Source: Deltaproteobacteria bacterium
GTDB lineage: Bacteria > Myxococcota_A > UBA9042
DNA: 64,000 nucleotides
Assembly: GCA_020632665.1 (NCBI GenBank)
Contig: JACKFC010000005.1
Location: 7,915-71,914, forward strand
Reading direction: 5' to 3'
Shown here: positions 1 through 8,831 of the stretch, in pieces
Layout: each line of letters opens with the position of its first letter
How positions within the stretch are numbered: position 1 is the stretch's first letter
The notes under the pieces: generated by a model
Database searches by the model: none
What the model saw: the letters and a program-made list of their open reading frames with translations, nothing else
What the model was told of the DNA's origin: nothing
Translations under genes and position numbers: made by a program

Positions 1-1
1 C

Positions 2-256
2 GCGCTCACCGGCCAAGGCGCGACCAGCACGCTGCTCGACCGCCAAGCCACCGAGGCCTTCGACGAGGCGCTCGAGACCTTCGCGCGCATGGGCGACCTG
101 GTGCACCAGCTCTCTGGCCTGCGCTCCTATGTCCATTACCTGACGCAGCGCGGTGGTGGGCCGCGCTTGGTCGGCGTCGAGTCGCGGCTGGCGGAAGTCC
201 AGGCCGAGCTGACCCGGGTCTCCGGCATCCACCCCAACGTCGACTCCGGCGACTGA
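2..256 (+). CDS. 3' fragment of a hypothetical helical protein (5' end outside window)
   Basis: Frame 2 is open from the window edge to TGA at 254-256 (ALTGQGATSTLLDRQATEAFDEALETFARMGDLVHQL...). Third codon positions are strongly G/C-biased, as in the confident genes. It is missing from the ORF track only because no start codon lies inside the window. Confidence 0.5.
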   Translation, partial: ALTGQGATSTLLDRQATEAFDEALETFARMGDLVHQLSGLRSYVHYLTQRGGGPRLVGVESRLAEVQAELTRVSGIHPNVDSGD

Positions 257-301
257 GGCCGCGGCACGGATCGCTGCTGCGCCGGTGCGCCGGCGGCTGG
301 C

Positions 302-1954
302 TCAGAAGTGCAGTCGGGCGAGCAGGCCCTGGCGCTGGCGACCGATCTCGGGCACCAACTCGAGCGCGGCGGTCCGGCCGCCGTTGCCCGTGATCGCCAT
401 CCACGCCCCGGCCAGCAACGCGACGCCGCCGACACCGGCCGAGATGGCGCCAGCGCGCCAGTTGGCTTCGGCAGCGTCGAAAGCGGCGTCGTAGCGTGGG
501 TCGCGCAGCGGCATGTCCGCCGCCGCGCTCGCAGCCGTCGTGGCCGATTGCATCAGCCAGCCGCCAATTCCGGCCGCGACGGCGCCGCTCCCGAGCAGCA
601 GCAGCCCCTTGCTGCGGCGCGGCAGGCCGTCCTTGCCGAAGAGGTATTTGATGCCGATGCCGGTCGCGATCGCGCCGACGCCCGCGACGCCGTAGCCGGC
701 GTAGGTCATCGTGGCGCCGTAGTCGTAGTAGTCGCCGTAGCCGGAGTTGCCGAGGCTGAGATCGTTGGCAACCTGCGCTTGGCTCACGCCGTAGAGGGCG
801 ACGCCGACGCCTGCGCCGATCAGCGTCACGCCGACACCCGACCAAATCAGGCCCTTCAGCATCGCGCCGGACATCGGACCGCCGCTGCTGACGCCTGCGT
901 CGATGCCAGCGCCGGGATCGCTCGGCGTGGGCTCGGGCTCGGGCTCGGCGTCGATCGGGGCCGGCGGCGGCGGAGCGGCTTCCGTCTCGCGCGGCGGCGG
1001 GGGTGCGTCTTCCGGTGCCTCCTCGCGCTCGTTGGGGCGCGCGTCTTGGGCACCACCGCTCATGTGCGGACGCGGGTCGCGGCTTCGCAGCCGATCGTGT
1101 GGTCGCGCGCCGAGGTTGTGGCGCTCGCCGCGGTTGGCTCGCTCGAGCGGGGTCAAGGGCCGGTCGACGTTCGACGCCGCCGGCCGACCGCGGCGCAACG
1201 CGCCGGCGCGCTCGAGCGAGATCTCGATCCGTTGCTTCGCGTTCGGCTCCAGGTCGAGCGCGTCGGTATAGCTGACGTAGCCGTCGGCCCGCGCCTCGAG
1301 CAAGCGGCGACCGGCTTTGGCCGAGAAGGTCTTGCGGGTCGAGAGGCCGGCATAGGCGCCGTCGATCCAGATCTCGGCGGTGACCGGATAGACCAGGATC
1401 GTCAGCGTCGCCGGTCGGATATCGCTGAGCGACGCGCGGACCGTGCGCTCCTCGCCGGCACGGGCCGAGACGACCTGCTCTGCCGTCGTGAAGCCGGCCA
1501 GCGAGACGTGCATCTGGTGCGAGCCGTTCGGCAGCCAGACGCGGTAGCGCGGCGCCGTCGGCAAGAAGACCTGGTCGTCGATCCGCAGCGTCGCCCGGGC
1601 CGGGCTGACGTAGATCTCGACCCTGCCGAAGCCGGAGTCGCGCAGCGCCCATTTCGCGCGCTCCAGCAACCGCAGCGCCCGGGCATGGGCGCCGCCGCTA
1701 TCGGGCAGCAGCAGCGCGCGCTCGGCCCAGTTCGCCGCGGCGCCGACGCTCTTCGATTCGAGGAACGATTCGGCGATGGACATCGCCACGCCCGAACGCG
1801 GCCGGCGGTTGTATGCCGCGATATCGGCGCCGCGATCGGCGAAAGCGGGCAGGGCGGCGGTCAGCACCGAGAGGGCGGCGGCCAACGCGGCGCATCTCGC
1901 GATCCGGCGTGCCGTCGCGACGTTCTCGTTCATTGCTCGATGGCGCTGGCCCAT
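302..1954 (-). CDS. PEGA domain-containing membrane/secreted protein
   Basis: 550-aa ORF with a signal-like N-terminus (ARCAALAAALSVLTAALPAFA). Two PEGA-type repeats (ATLRIDDQVF...GSHQMHVSLAGF and AEIWIDGAYAG...LLEARADGYVSY). Pro/Glu-rich linker and Gly/Ala-rich C-terminal hydrophobic segments. Alternative ATG start at 1933. Confidence 0.75.
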   Translation of the reverse strand: MGQRHRAMNENVATARRIARCAALAAALSVLTAALPAFADRGADIAAYNRRPRSGVAMSIAESFLESKSVGAAANWAERALLLPDSGGAHARALRLLERAKWALRDSGFGRVEIYVSPARATLRIDDQVFLPTAPRYRVWLPNGSHQMHVSLAGFTTAEQVVSARAGEERTVRASLSDIRPATLTILVYPVTAEIWIDGAYAGLSTRKTFSAKAGRRLLEARADGYVSYTDALDLEPNAKQRIEISLERAGALRRGRPAASNVDRPLTPLERANRGERHNLGARPHDRLRSRDPRPHMSGGAQDARPNEREEAPEDAPPPPRETEAAPPPPAPIDAEPEPEPTPSDPGAGIDAGVSSGGPMSGAMLKGLIWSGVGVTLIGAGVGVALYGVSQAQVANDLSLGNSGYGDYYDYGATMTYAGYGVAGVGAIATGIGIKYLFGKDGLPRRSKGLLLLGSGAVAAGIGGWLMQSATTAASAAADMPLRDPRYDAAFDAAEANWRAGAISAGVGGVALLAGAWMAITGNGGRTAALELVPEIGRQRQGLLARLHF

Positions 1955-2056
1955 CGTCCCTCTTCGTTGCGGCGTTCCTCGGCGGTCGGACCACCCGGCG
2001 CGACGTTAGCACCAGCGACGTGACCGCGCCACCGCGGGATCGAGCGGCCGGGCGCG

Positions 2057-3421
2057 CTACGGCGCCGCTGCCGCGCAATCCGGGTCCGTCGAGCAGTGGC
2101 GGTCGCAGAAGCCGTCGGATCGGCAGGCCGGAACCCCGGCCGCACAGGCCGGATCGCAGCCGCAGAGCTTCGCCCCGGCGCGCATCTCGCAGACGACCGG
2201 GCGGCCGTCGCAGGGGCACGGCGTCGGCGCGCTCGGCAGGCAATCCGGGTCCGCGGTGCATGCCTCGACGCAGGTGCCGTCGGCGGTGCAGGCGATCTCG
2301 CCGCAATCGGGGTCGTCGCGGCGGTCGTCGCAGAGGCCGTCCGCCGTGCGTGGCAGCGGCTTGACGCGGCGTTCGTAGCGGCGCCGGTATTGGCTCGCTC
2401 CGTGTCGGTCGAAGAGCTGCAGCTCGGCGACGTCGCCGTGCAGGTCGAGGCGAGCGAAGCCGGTCGTGCTGGTCGCGAAGCGGCTGCGCGGGCCCTGCCG
2501 GGTCGGCCGGCTCATCGCGCCGGCGCCGGCCACCACCATATGGACTCCGCAATGCGGCTCGAGCACCTGCTTGTCGTGTTCGTGGCCGCTGAGGAAGAAG
2601 TCCACCCGGTTGCACAGGTGTTGCGCGTAGAAGCGGGCGTCGCCGGTGCGGGCGTGGCCGTGGTGGCCGTAGGAGAGCCACGGATGGTGGCCGAGGACGA
2701 CGATCCAGCGCTCGCCGTCGCGCCGCGCCTGCTGCAGCACGCCGTCGAGCCAGCGCCCTTGGGCGGCGTCGAGACGGTTGGTGTCGAGCGCGACGAAGCG
2801 CACTTCGCCCTGCTCGAAGGTGTAGTAGCGGGCCGGAATGCGGGCATCCATCGCGCCCTTGCGTGCCGCCCGTCGCTCGGGGGAGAAGGCCGTGATCCAG
2901 GCGTCGACGTCGCCGCGGTAGTCGTGGTTGCCGAGGACGAGGTACATCGGCAGCCCGAGCTCCCGATAATACGCTTCGAAATGGCTCTCGATCATCGGGT
3001 CGTCGGGGCCACGGATGCCGTTCGGATAGACGATATCGCCCAAGTGCAGGGCGAGGTCGCAATGGCGCTGCCGACAATGCGTCGTCATCGCCTCGGCGAC
3101 GGCGCGCTGACTGCCGGTGTCGACGCCGGTATCACCGAGGAAGACCAGCGCGGTCGGCGTGCCTGCCGATGCGCTCGGATCCTGCGGACCATTGCGGCTG
3201 GGGGCGTCCGCGACCGGCGCGCCGCGTGAGACTGCCGCGGGGAGGTCGTTGCGCTCTGCGCTCGGATGCGTCGGCTCCGAGCTGCCGGGCGGCCGGGTGC
3301 AGGCGGCGAAGGCGAGCGTCACGGCCGCGGCGAGGATGGCCGCCCGCGACCGGCTCGAGCCGCTTGCACGAGGGCGTGACGCGCGTGGCGCCGGTGCGCT
3401 GCCGGAAGAGTTCGGGCGCAC
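2057..3421 (-). CDS. Calcineurin-like metallophosphoesterase lipoprotein with Cys-rich C-terminal tail
   Basis: Metallophosphoesterase motif series: LVFLGDTGVD, HLGDIVYPNG, LVLGNHDY, VVLGHHPW, FLSGHEHD. The track ORF extends to 3778, but that extension overlaps the 3436-3696 gene and looks non-coding. GTG at 3419-3421 precedes the lipobox-like AAVTLAFAAC. The start is therefore uncertain. Confidence 0.8.
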   Translation of the reverse strand: MRPNSSGSAPAPRASRPRASGSSRSRAAILAAAVTLAFAACTRPPGSSEPTHPSAERNDLPAAVSRGAPVADAPSRNGPQDPSASAGTPTALVFLGDTGVDTGSQRAVAEAMTTHCRQRHCDLALHLGDIVYPNGIRGPDDPMIESHFEAYYRELGLPMYLVLGNHDYRGDVDAWITAFSPERRAARKGAMDARIPARYYTFEQGEVRFVALDTNRLDAAQGRWLDGVLQQARRDGERWIVVLGHHPWLSYGHHGHARTGDARFYAQHLCNRVDFFLSGHEHDKQVLEPHCGVHMVVAGAGAMSRPTRQGPRSRFATSTTGFARLDLHGDVAELQLFDRHGASQYRRRYERRVKPLPRTADGLCDDRRDDPDCGEIACTADGTCVEACTADPDCLPSAPTPCPCDGRPVVCEMRAGAKLCGCDPACAAGVPACRSDGFCDRHCSTDPDCAAAAP

Positions 3422-3435
3422 GAGAACGGACCTGT

Positions 3436-3696
3436 TCAGCTCCGACGACGCGGCTGCTTGCCACCGTTGCGCTCGGAGTGCAGCCGATCGGCCTTCTCCT
3501 GCATGCTGTGCAGCTTGCGGTAGAGCTGAGAGAAGTGCTGGTTCTCGATGAACTTCATCAGGTGGTTGCGGCCACGGAAGTCCGCGGTCGTCGCGGTGTC
3601 GATGATCTCTTTGAGCATCCGGATCTCGTTGCGCGTAAACGAGTTGCTCACACGGATGACCGGCGCCTTGTTGCTGTTCGTTTCGGTTTTGCTCAT
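3436..3696 (-). CDS. Small hypothetical protein (86 aa), possible ribbon-helix-helix-like fold
   Basis: MSKTETNSNKAPVIRVSNSFTRNEIRMLKEIIDTATTADFRGRNHLMKFIENQHFSQLYRKLHSMQEKADRLH... The composition looks like a real protein. ATG at 3694-3696. Local GC is clearly lower than in the flanks. No family recognised. Confidence 0.6.
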   Translation of the reverse strand: MSKTETNSNKAPVIRVSNSFTRNEIRMLKEIIDTATTADFRGRNHLMKFIENQHFSQLYRKLHSMQEKADRLHSERNGGKQPRRRS

Positions 3697-3861
3697 GTCC
3701 GGACGCTCTCCCACGGCGGCGCGACCCCGCTGCGACGTTCGACGCTGGTGGCGGCTCGCCGGGGCCATCCTTGATCAAGCCGCGCCGGTTGGAAAGCCCC
3801 CGCCGTTCGCGGTAGGCTCGGCGCTCCGCTTGGCCGCACGGGTGGCAAGTCGAGGTGAATC

Positions 3862-4971
3862 GTGCAGTCCTCCGAATCCGACTCCGCGCGCCGTCCCGTC
3901 GATCTGCGCAGCGATACCGTCAGTCGGCCGACGCCGGCGATGCGCGCCGCGATCGCCGAGGCCGTGGTCGGTGACGATGGTTTCCGCGACGATCCCACGG
4001 TCTTGCAGCTCGAAGCGCGGGTCGCGAGCCTGCTGCAGAAAGAAGCCGCGCTCTTCGTCCCCTCGGGCACGATGGCCAACCAGATCGCCCTGCGGCTGCA
4101 TACCCAGCCCGGCGACGCGGTGATTTGCCACGACGGCGCGCACATCGTGCACCACGAGGCCGGCGCCGCGCCGGCGCTCTCCGGCGTGACCTTGACCCTG
4201 CTGCCCTCGGAAGACGGCATCCTCGACGTCGAGGACGTGGCCAACGCGATGCGCACCCGCGAAGACGGCTATTCGCCGCAGACGCGGCTGGTCTGCTTCG
4301 AGAATCCGCACAACGGCGCCGGTGGACGCATCGTGCCGCAGCTGCAGATCGACGCGGTGGCGGCGCTCTGCCGGCGCAACGGCGTCGCGCTGCACCTCGA
4401 CGGGGCTCGGCTGTGGAATGCTGCGGTCGCGTCGGGCCGCTCGCTCGGTGAGCTCGCCGCGCCCTTCACCACGATCTCGGTCTGCCTGAGCAAGGGCCTC
4501 GGCGCGCCGGTCGGCTCGCTGCTGGTCGGCGAACGCGCGCAGATCGAGCGGGCCCGGCGGCTGCGCCGGATGCTCGGCGGCATGATGCGCCAAGCCGGCA
4601 TGCTCGCTGCCGCCGGTCTCTACGCGCTGGAGAACCACATCGAACGCTTGGCCGAAGACCATCGCCGCGCCGAGCTGCTGGCGTCGGCGCTGGCCGAGAT
4701 CCCCTTCGTCCGCGTGGTGCCGCCGGACACCAATATCGTCCGCTTCCGGCTGCGCGGTGAGCACCCGATCTGGCGTGCCACGCTGCGGGGTGAGCCCTCG
4801 CTGGTCGAGCGCGCGGCGGCCGAGGGCGTGGTCCTGCGCGGCGAGGGGCAGTCGTTCCGTGCGGTGCTGCATCTCGACGTCGACGATGACGGCCTCGACC
4901 ACGCGATCGACGTGCTGAGCCGGCTGCTCGCCCCCGCTGGCACGAGCGACGCCGTCCCAGGTGAGACCTGA
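3862..4971 (+). CDS. ltaE: Low-specificity L-threonine aldolase (PLP-dependent)
   Basis: [29 protein letters not shown] and the PLP-lysine context [16 protein letters not shown] start preceded by GAGGTG. Confidence 0.9.
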   Translation: MQSSESDSARRPVDLRSDTVSRPTPAMRAAIAEAVVGDDGFRDDPTVLQLEARVASLLQKEAALFVPSGTMANQIALRLHTQPGDAVICHDGAHIVHHEAGAAPALSGVTLTLLPSEDGILDVEDVANAMRTREDGYSPQTRLVCFENPHNGAGGRIVPQLQIDAVAALCRRNGVALHLDGARLWNAAVASGRSLGELAAPFTTISVCLSKGLGAPVGSLLVGERAQIERARRLRRMLGGMMRQAGMLAAAGLYALENHIERLAEDHRRAELLASALAEIPFVRVVPPDTNIVRFRLRGEHPIWRATLRGEPSLVERAAAEGVVLRGEGQSFRAVLHLDVDDDGLDHAIDVLSRLLAPAGTSDAVPGET

Positions 4972-5004
4972 GCAGTCGCCATGGCGCGACGAGGAGCAAC
5001 GAGC

Positions 5005-7602
5005 ATGGAGCTGAAGGTCAATGGCCAGGAGCGTCGCTTCGACGGCGACGGTGACGCGCTGCTGGTCGACTACCTGCGCGACGGGCTGGGTTTGCGGGCG
5101 GCGAAGGTCGGCTGCTCGCCGCAGGCGAACTGCGGGACGTGCTGCGTGCTGGTGGACGGCAAGCCGCAGCTCTCCTGCGCGGTGAAGATGCGCAGGGCCG
5201 TGGGCGCCGACGTCGTCACGCTCGAGGGCATCGAATCGCACGTCGCCGACGCGCTCGCCGACGCGATGGCCGACCACGGCGGCGCGCAATGCGGCTTCTG
5301 CACGCCCGGCATCGTCGTCCGCGCCGCGGCGCTGCTGGCCGAACAACCCCGCCCGGACCGTGCCACGATCGCAAAATCGCTCGACAAGCACATCTGCCGC
5401 TGCACCGGCTACGTGAAGATCCTCGACGCCATCGAGGCCGCCGCGGCGACGCTGCGGGGCGAGGCGCAGCCGGCGCCATCGGCCGCGGCGACCGACGCCC
5501 CGGCTGGTGTCGGCGCCCGGCTGCGCAAGCTCGACGCCCGGGAATTGGCGCTCGGACGCCGCGCCTTCGTCGCCGACCTGGTGATGGACGGGATGCTGCA
5601 CGGTGTGCTCGTCCTCTCCGAGCACGCCAGGGCGACGGTGTTGGAGATCGACGCCGCGCCGGCCCTGGCCGTGGCGGGGGTCGAGCGGGTGATCCGCGCC
5701 GCTGACGTCCCGGGTGCCCGCACGATCGGCCTGATCCGTCAGGATTGGCCGCTGCTGGTCGAGGTCGGTGAGCAGACGCGCTACGTCGGCGACGTCCTCG
5801 CCATCGTGGTCGCGCAGACGCGGGAAGCCGCCCGCGCCGGCGCAGACGCCGTGGCGGTGCGTTACGACGTCCACACGCCTTTGACCGATCCGATCGCCGC
5901 GATGGCCGACGACGCGCCGGCGATCCACCCGGCCGGCAACGTCCTGGACCGCTGCGCATTCGGCCGCGGCGACGTCGACGCGGCGCTCGCCGGTGCGGCG
6001 CACGTGGTCGAACGGCGCTACGTCACCCAGCGCATCGAGCACGCCTACCTCGAGCCGGAATGCTGCGTCGCCCGGCCGACCGCGGCGGGTGTGCGCATCT
6101 GGTCGCAATCACAGGGCGTCTACTCGGACCGGACGCAGATCGCCAAGCTGCTCGGGCTCGACGAGCAGGCGGTCGAGGTCGTGCTGGTGCCCAACGGCGG
6201 CGGCTTCGGCGGCAAGGAAGACCTCTCGGTGCAGGGCCACACCGCGCTGGCGGCCCGGATCTGCGGCGCCCCGGTTCGGATCGAGTTGACCCGCGACGAG
6301 TCGATCCGGCTCCACCCCAAGCGGCACCCGATCACCATGGATTACACCGTCGCCTGTGACGCCGACGGCAAGCTGCTCGCGGTGCGGGCGCGGATGGTCG
6401 GCGATACCGGCGCCTATGCCTCGGTCGGGATGAAGGTGCTCGAGCGCGCCGCGGGCCACTCGACGGGCGCCTACCATGTCGACAACGTCGACGTCGAAGC
6501 GACCACCGTCTACACCAACAACGTGCCGTGCGGCGCGTTCCGCGGATTCGGCGCGAATCAAGCGAACTTCGCGATGGAGTCGGCGATCGACGAGCTCTGC
6601 GAGCTCGGTGGCTTCGACCGCTGGCAGATGCGCTGGGACAACGCGCTGACCGAAGGCCGGCAGACCGCGACAGGGCAAGTCCTCGAGGGGGGCGTCGGCG
6701 TCCGCGCTTGCCTCGAGGCGGTGCGTCCGGCCTTCGCTTCGGCGCAATACGCGGGTATCGCCGCCGGCATCAAGAATACCGGAATCGGCAACGGCAAGCC
6801 CGACGAGGGGCGGGTCGAGTTGGTCGTCCGCGGGCCCGAGCAGATCGAGATCCGTCACGGCTGGACCGATATGGGGCAGGGCGCCGATACGATGGCGGTG
6901 CAGTTCACCTGCGAGGAGACCGGCCTGCCAGCGGCGTGGATGCGCGTGGTGGTCGACACCCGGCATCAGGTCGTCACCGGGATGACCACCGCGAGCCGCG
7001 CCACCAGCCTGCTCGGCTTGGCCATCGCCGACGCCGGCAGGGCGCTGAAGGACGACCTCGAGCGCGAAGGCGGCCTGCAGGCGCTGGTCGGTCGCCGCTA
7101 TCCCGGCTTCTGGATCTGTGATTGGACCACGGCGCCTGGTGCGCCGGGGCCGGTGAAGACGCACTATAGCTATGCCTACGCCGCGCAGGTCGCGATCGCC
7201 GACGCCAGTGGCGCGATCGAGCGTGTGGTCGCGGCGCACGACGCCGGCCGCGTGGTGAATCCGACCCTCTTCGAGGGGCAGATTCAGGGCTCGGTGCACA
7301 TGGGCCTCGGCTACGCGCTGCGTGAGGACCTGCCCTGCGACGAGGACGGCTGGCCGGTCAGCACGCGGATCAAGGACTGCGGCATCCTGATGGCGCACGA
7401 GACGCCGGAGATCGAGGTGATCGCGGTCGAGGTGCAGGACCCGATCGGCGCGCACGGGGTCAAGGGCGTCGGCGAGATCGGCCTGGTCCCGACCGCGCCG
7501 GCAGTCGCGGGCGCGATCTGGGCGGCGACCGGCGAGCGCCGAAGGACCTTGCCGCTGCAGCCGATGCGGCGTCGCAACCGGCGCAAGGGAGTCTGGGTGT
7601 GA
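5005..7602 (+). CDS. Aldehyde oxidoreductase, xanthine-dehydrogenase family, fused 2x[2Fe-2S] + molybdopterin domains, no FAD domain (MOP-type)
   Basis: N-terminal plant-type cluster GCSPQANCGTCCVLVDG. Second cluster QCGFCTPG...CRCTGY. Long Mo-cofactor-binding body (GGGFGGKE, FRGFG, GVGEIG). ATG at 5005 has GAGGAG 9 nt upstream. The track start at 4981 is also possible. Confidence 0.9.
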   Translation: MELKVNGQERRFDGDGDALLVDYLRDGLGLRAAKVGCSPQANCGTCCVLVDGKPQLSCAVKMRRAVGADVVTLEGIESHVADALADAMADHGGAQCGFCTPGIVVRAAALLAEQPRPDRATIAKSLDKHICRCTGYVKILDAIEAAAATLRGEAQPAPSAAATDAPAGVGARLRKLDARELALGRRAFVADLVMDGMLHGVLVLSEHARATVLEIDAAPALAVAGVERVIRAADVPGARTIGLIRQDWPLLVEVGEQTRYVGDVLAIVVAQTREAARAGADAVAVRYDVHTPLTDPIAAMADDAPAIHPAGNVLDRCAFGRGDVDAALAGAAHVVERRYVTQRIEHAYLEPECCVARPTAAGVRIWSQSQGVYSDRTQIAKLLGLDEQAVEVVLVPNGGGFGGKEDLSVQGHTALAARICGAPVRIELTRDESIRLHPKRHPITMDYTVACDADGKLLAVRARMVGDTGAYASVGMKVLERAAGHSTGAYHVDNVDVEATTVYTNNVPCGAFRGFGANQANFAMESAIDELCELGGFDRWQMRWDNALTEGRQTATGQVLEGGVGVRACLEAVRPAFASAQYAGIAAGIKNTGIGNGKPDEGRVELVVRGPEQIEIRHGWTDMGQGADTMAVQFTCEETGLPAAWMRVVVDTRHQVVTGMTTASRATSLLGLAIADAGRALKDDLEREGGLQALVGRRYPGFWICDWTTAPGAPGPVKTHYSYAYAAQVAIADASGAIERVVAAHDAGRVVNPTLFEGQIQGSVHMGLGYALREDLPCDEDGWPVSTRIKDCGILMAHETPEIEVIAVEVQDPIGAHGVKGVGEIGLVPTAPAVAGAIWAATGERRRTLPLQPMRRRNRRKGVWV

Positions 7603-8774
7603 GCGTGCGCGACGAGCCCGAATTGCCGGCGTTCGACGCGCCGACGGCGACCGACGTCCAGGCCGTGGCCGACGACGATCTCTCCTTCCTCGACGCGCCG
7701 ACGGCGGCTGCCCCGGCCGTGACGCAGGAGCAAGTGGCGGCGCGCCGGCGGCATCGCAGCCCGAGCGCGCGGATGAGCGGTGGCTTCGTCCCTGGTCAGG
7801 AGCACATCGCCCTGCTGGCGCGGGTCGCGCCGCCGTTGCAATTTTCGCCCGAAGACGAACGCTTCTGGCGGCAGTGGTTGGCGTTGCCGCTCGCCGGCGC
7901 GGCGCACGCGGTCGCCGTGGACATCGCGGCGACCCTGCGCGGCAATACGACCGCGCGGATCTTCGTCCCTGGCGAGGCTGCCGAGGGACATCTCGTCGTG
8001 GGCCTGAGCGCGCGGATCCGGGCGCTCGGCGACGGGCCACTCGGCGCAGCTGCGTTGCGACAGTCCGCTGCCGACGGCGCGCTCTGCGCCCGGCTCGGCG
8101 TGCCCGTCGCATTGCTCGTCGCCGGCGCATGGCAGGCCAATCGCAGCTTGCTCGAGGCGCTCGCGCCCGCCTTGCCGGACGCCGAGAGCCGCGACCACGC
8201 CAGTGACCTCATCGGCCGTGCCGTGACGCTGCACCTCGCGACGGTCTGCGACGCGTTGCACGGCGTTCGGGTCGAGCAGCTCGAGGCCGCGCTGCGCGAT
8301 CAGCTGCGCGGCGGGATGTTGCGCGAGGGCGGCGGCCTCTACGATCCGGTGACCTTGTTGCTCCGCCCGGACGGGCTGCGCGCCCGCCTGCAGGACCAAC
8401 AATCGCTGGTGCAGCCGCTGCTCGGCGTGCGACTGGCCGGGCTCGGTGATCTGGTCCGCGACACGGGCTATCAGCTCCGCGACCAAGCCTACGCCGAGAT
8501 CGGCGCGCGGGTCCGTGCCGCGCTGCGGGGAGCGGACCTCGCCGCGGTCGAGCACGATGGGTTGGTCACCATCGTCGTCGACGGCGACGAAGCTGCGGCG
8601 CTGGTCGTCGCCCGCCGCCTGCGCGCAGCGCTCGAATCACCGGCCTTTCAGCTCGCGGGTCGGTCCTGGCGGGCCAAGGTCAAGACGGCACACGCCCTGT
8701 TGCCGGCCGGCTCCGATCGCCTTGCCGCGCTGACCGCGACCCTGGAGTCGTTGCGCAGAACACTCGACGGCTAG
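7599..8774 (+). CDS. Hypothetical protein with C-terminal degenerate GGDEF-like domain
   Basis: The GTG start overlaps the upstream stop (GTGA, 7599-7602). Residues ~245-372 follow the GGDEF-fold spacing, but the catalytic motifs are replaced (LYDPVTLLLRPDGL... / RLAGLGDLVRDTGYQLRDQAY / AAVEHDGLVTIVVDG in place of R.GGDEF). Confidence 0.6.
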   Translation: MSVRDEPELPAFDAPTATDVQAVADDDLSFLDAPTAAAPAVTQEQVAARRRHRSPSARMSGGFVPGQEHIALLARVAPPLQFSPEDERFWRQWLALPLAGAAHAVAVDIAATLRGNTTARIFVPGEAAEGHLVVGLSARIRALGDGPLGAAALRQSAADGALCARLGVPVALLVAGAWQANRSLLEALAPALPDAESRDHASDLIGRAVTLHLATVCDALHGVRVEQLEAALRDQLRGGMLREGGGLYDPVTLLLRPDGLRARLQDQQSLVQPLLGVRLAGLGDLVRDTGYQLRDQAYAEIGARVRAALRGADLAAVEHDGLVTIVVDGDEAAALVVARRLRAALESPAFQLAGRSWRAKVKTAHALLPAGSDRLAALTATLESLRRTLDG

Positions 8775-8831
8775 CGTCAGCGGCGGCATCGTGGGGGGAT
8801 CGCGGCACAGCAGCCGCGGACGGAGGGAGCG

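Noticed and set aside
6-1652. 548-aa minus-strand ORF and the 571-aa plus-strand ORF at 308-2023
   Set aside because: Both overlap the PEGA-domain gene frame (302-1954), which has a signal peptide and PEGA repeats. These alternatives are Arg/Pro-rich.
3775-6108. 777-aa minus-strand ORF; similar long ORFs at 6109-8130, 8637-10532, 13297-15570, 17808-19313, 20106-21434, 35958-37919 and 37916-40189
   Set aside because: All are antisense or out-of-frame to genes with strong family motifs. They have Arg/Pro/Gly/Ala-dominated translations and are stop-poor only because of the high GC.
7599-8774. XdhC-type molybdenum cofactor insertion chaperone downstream of the Mo enzyme
   Set aside because: The sequence lacks the XdhC_CoxI N-terminal pattern and the Rossmann-like C-terminal domain. 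Its C-terminus fits a degenerate GGDEF fold better.
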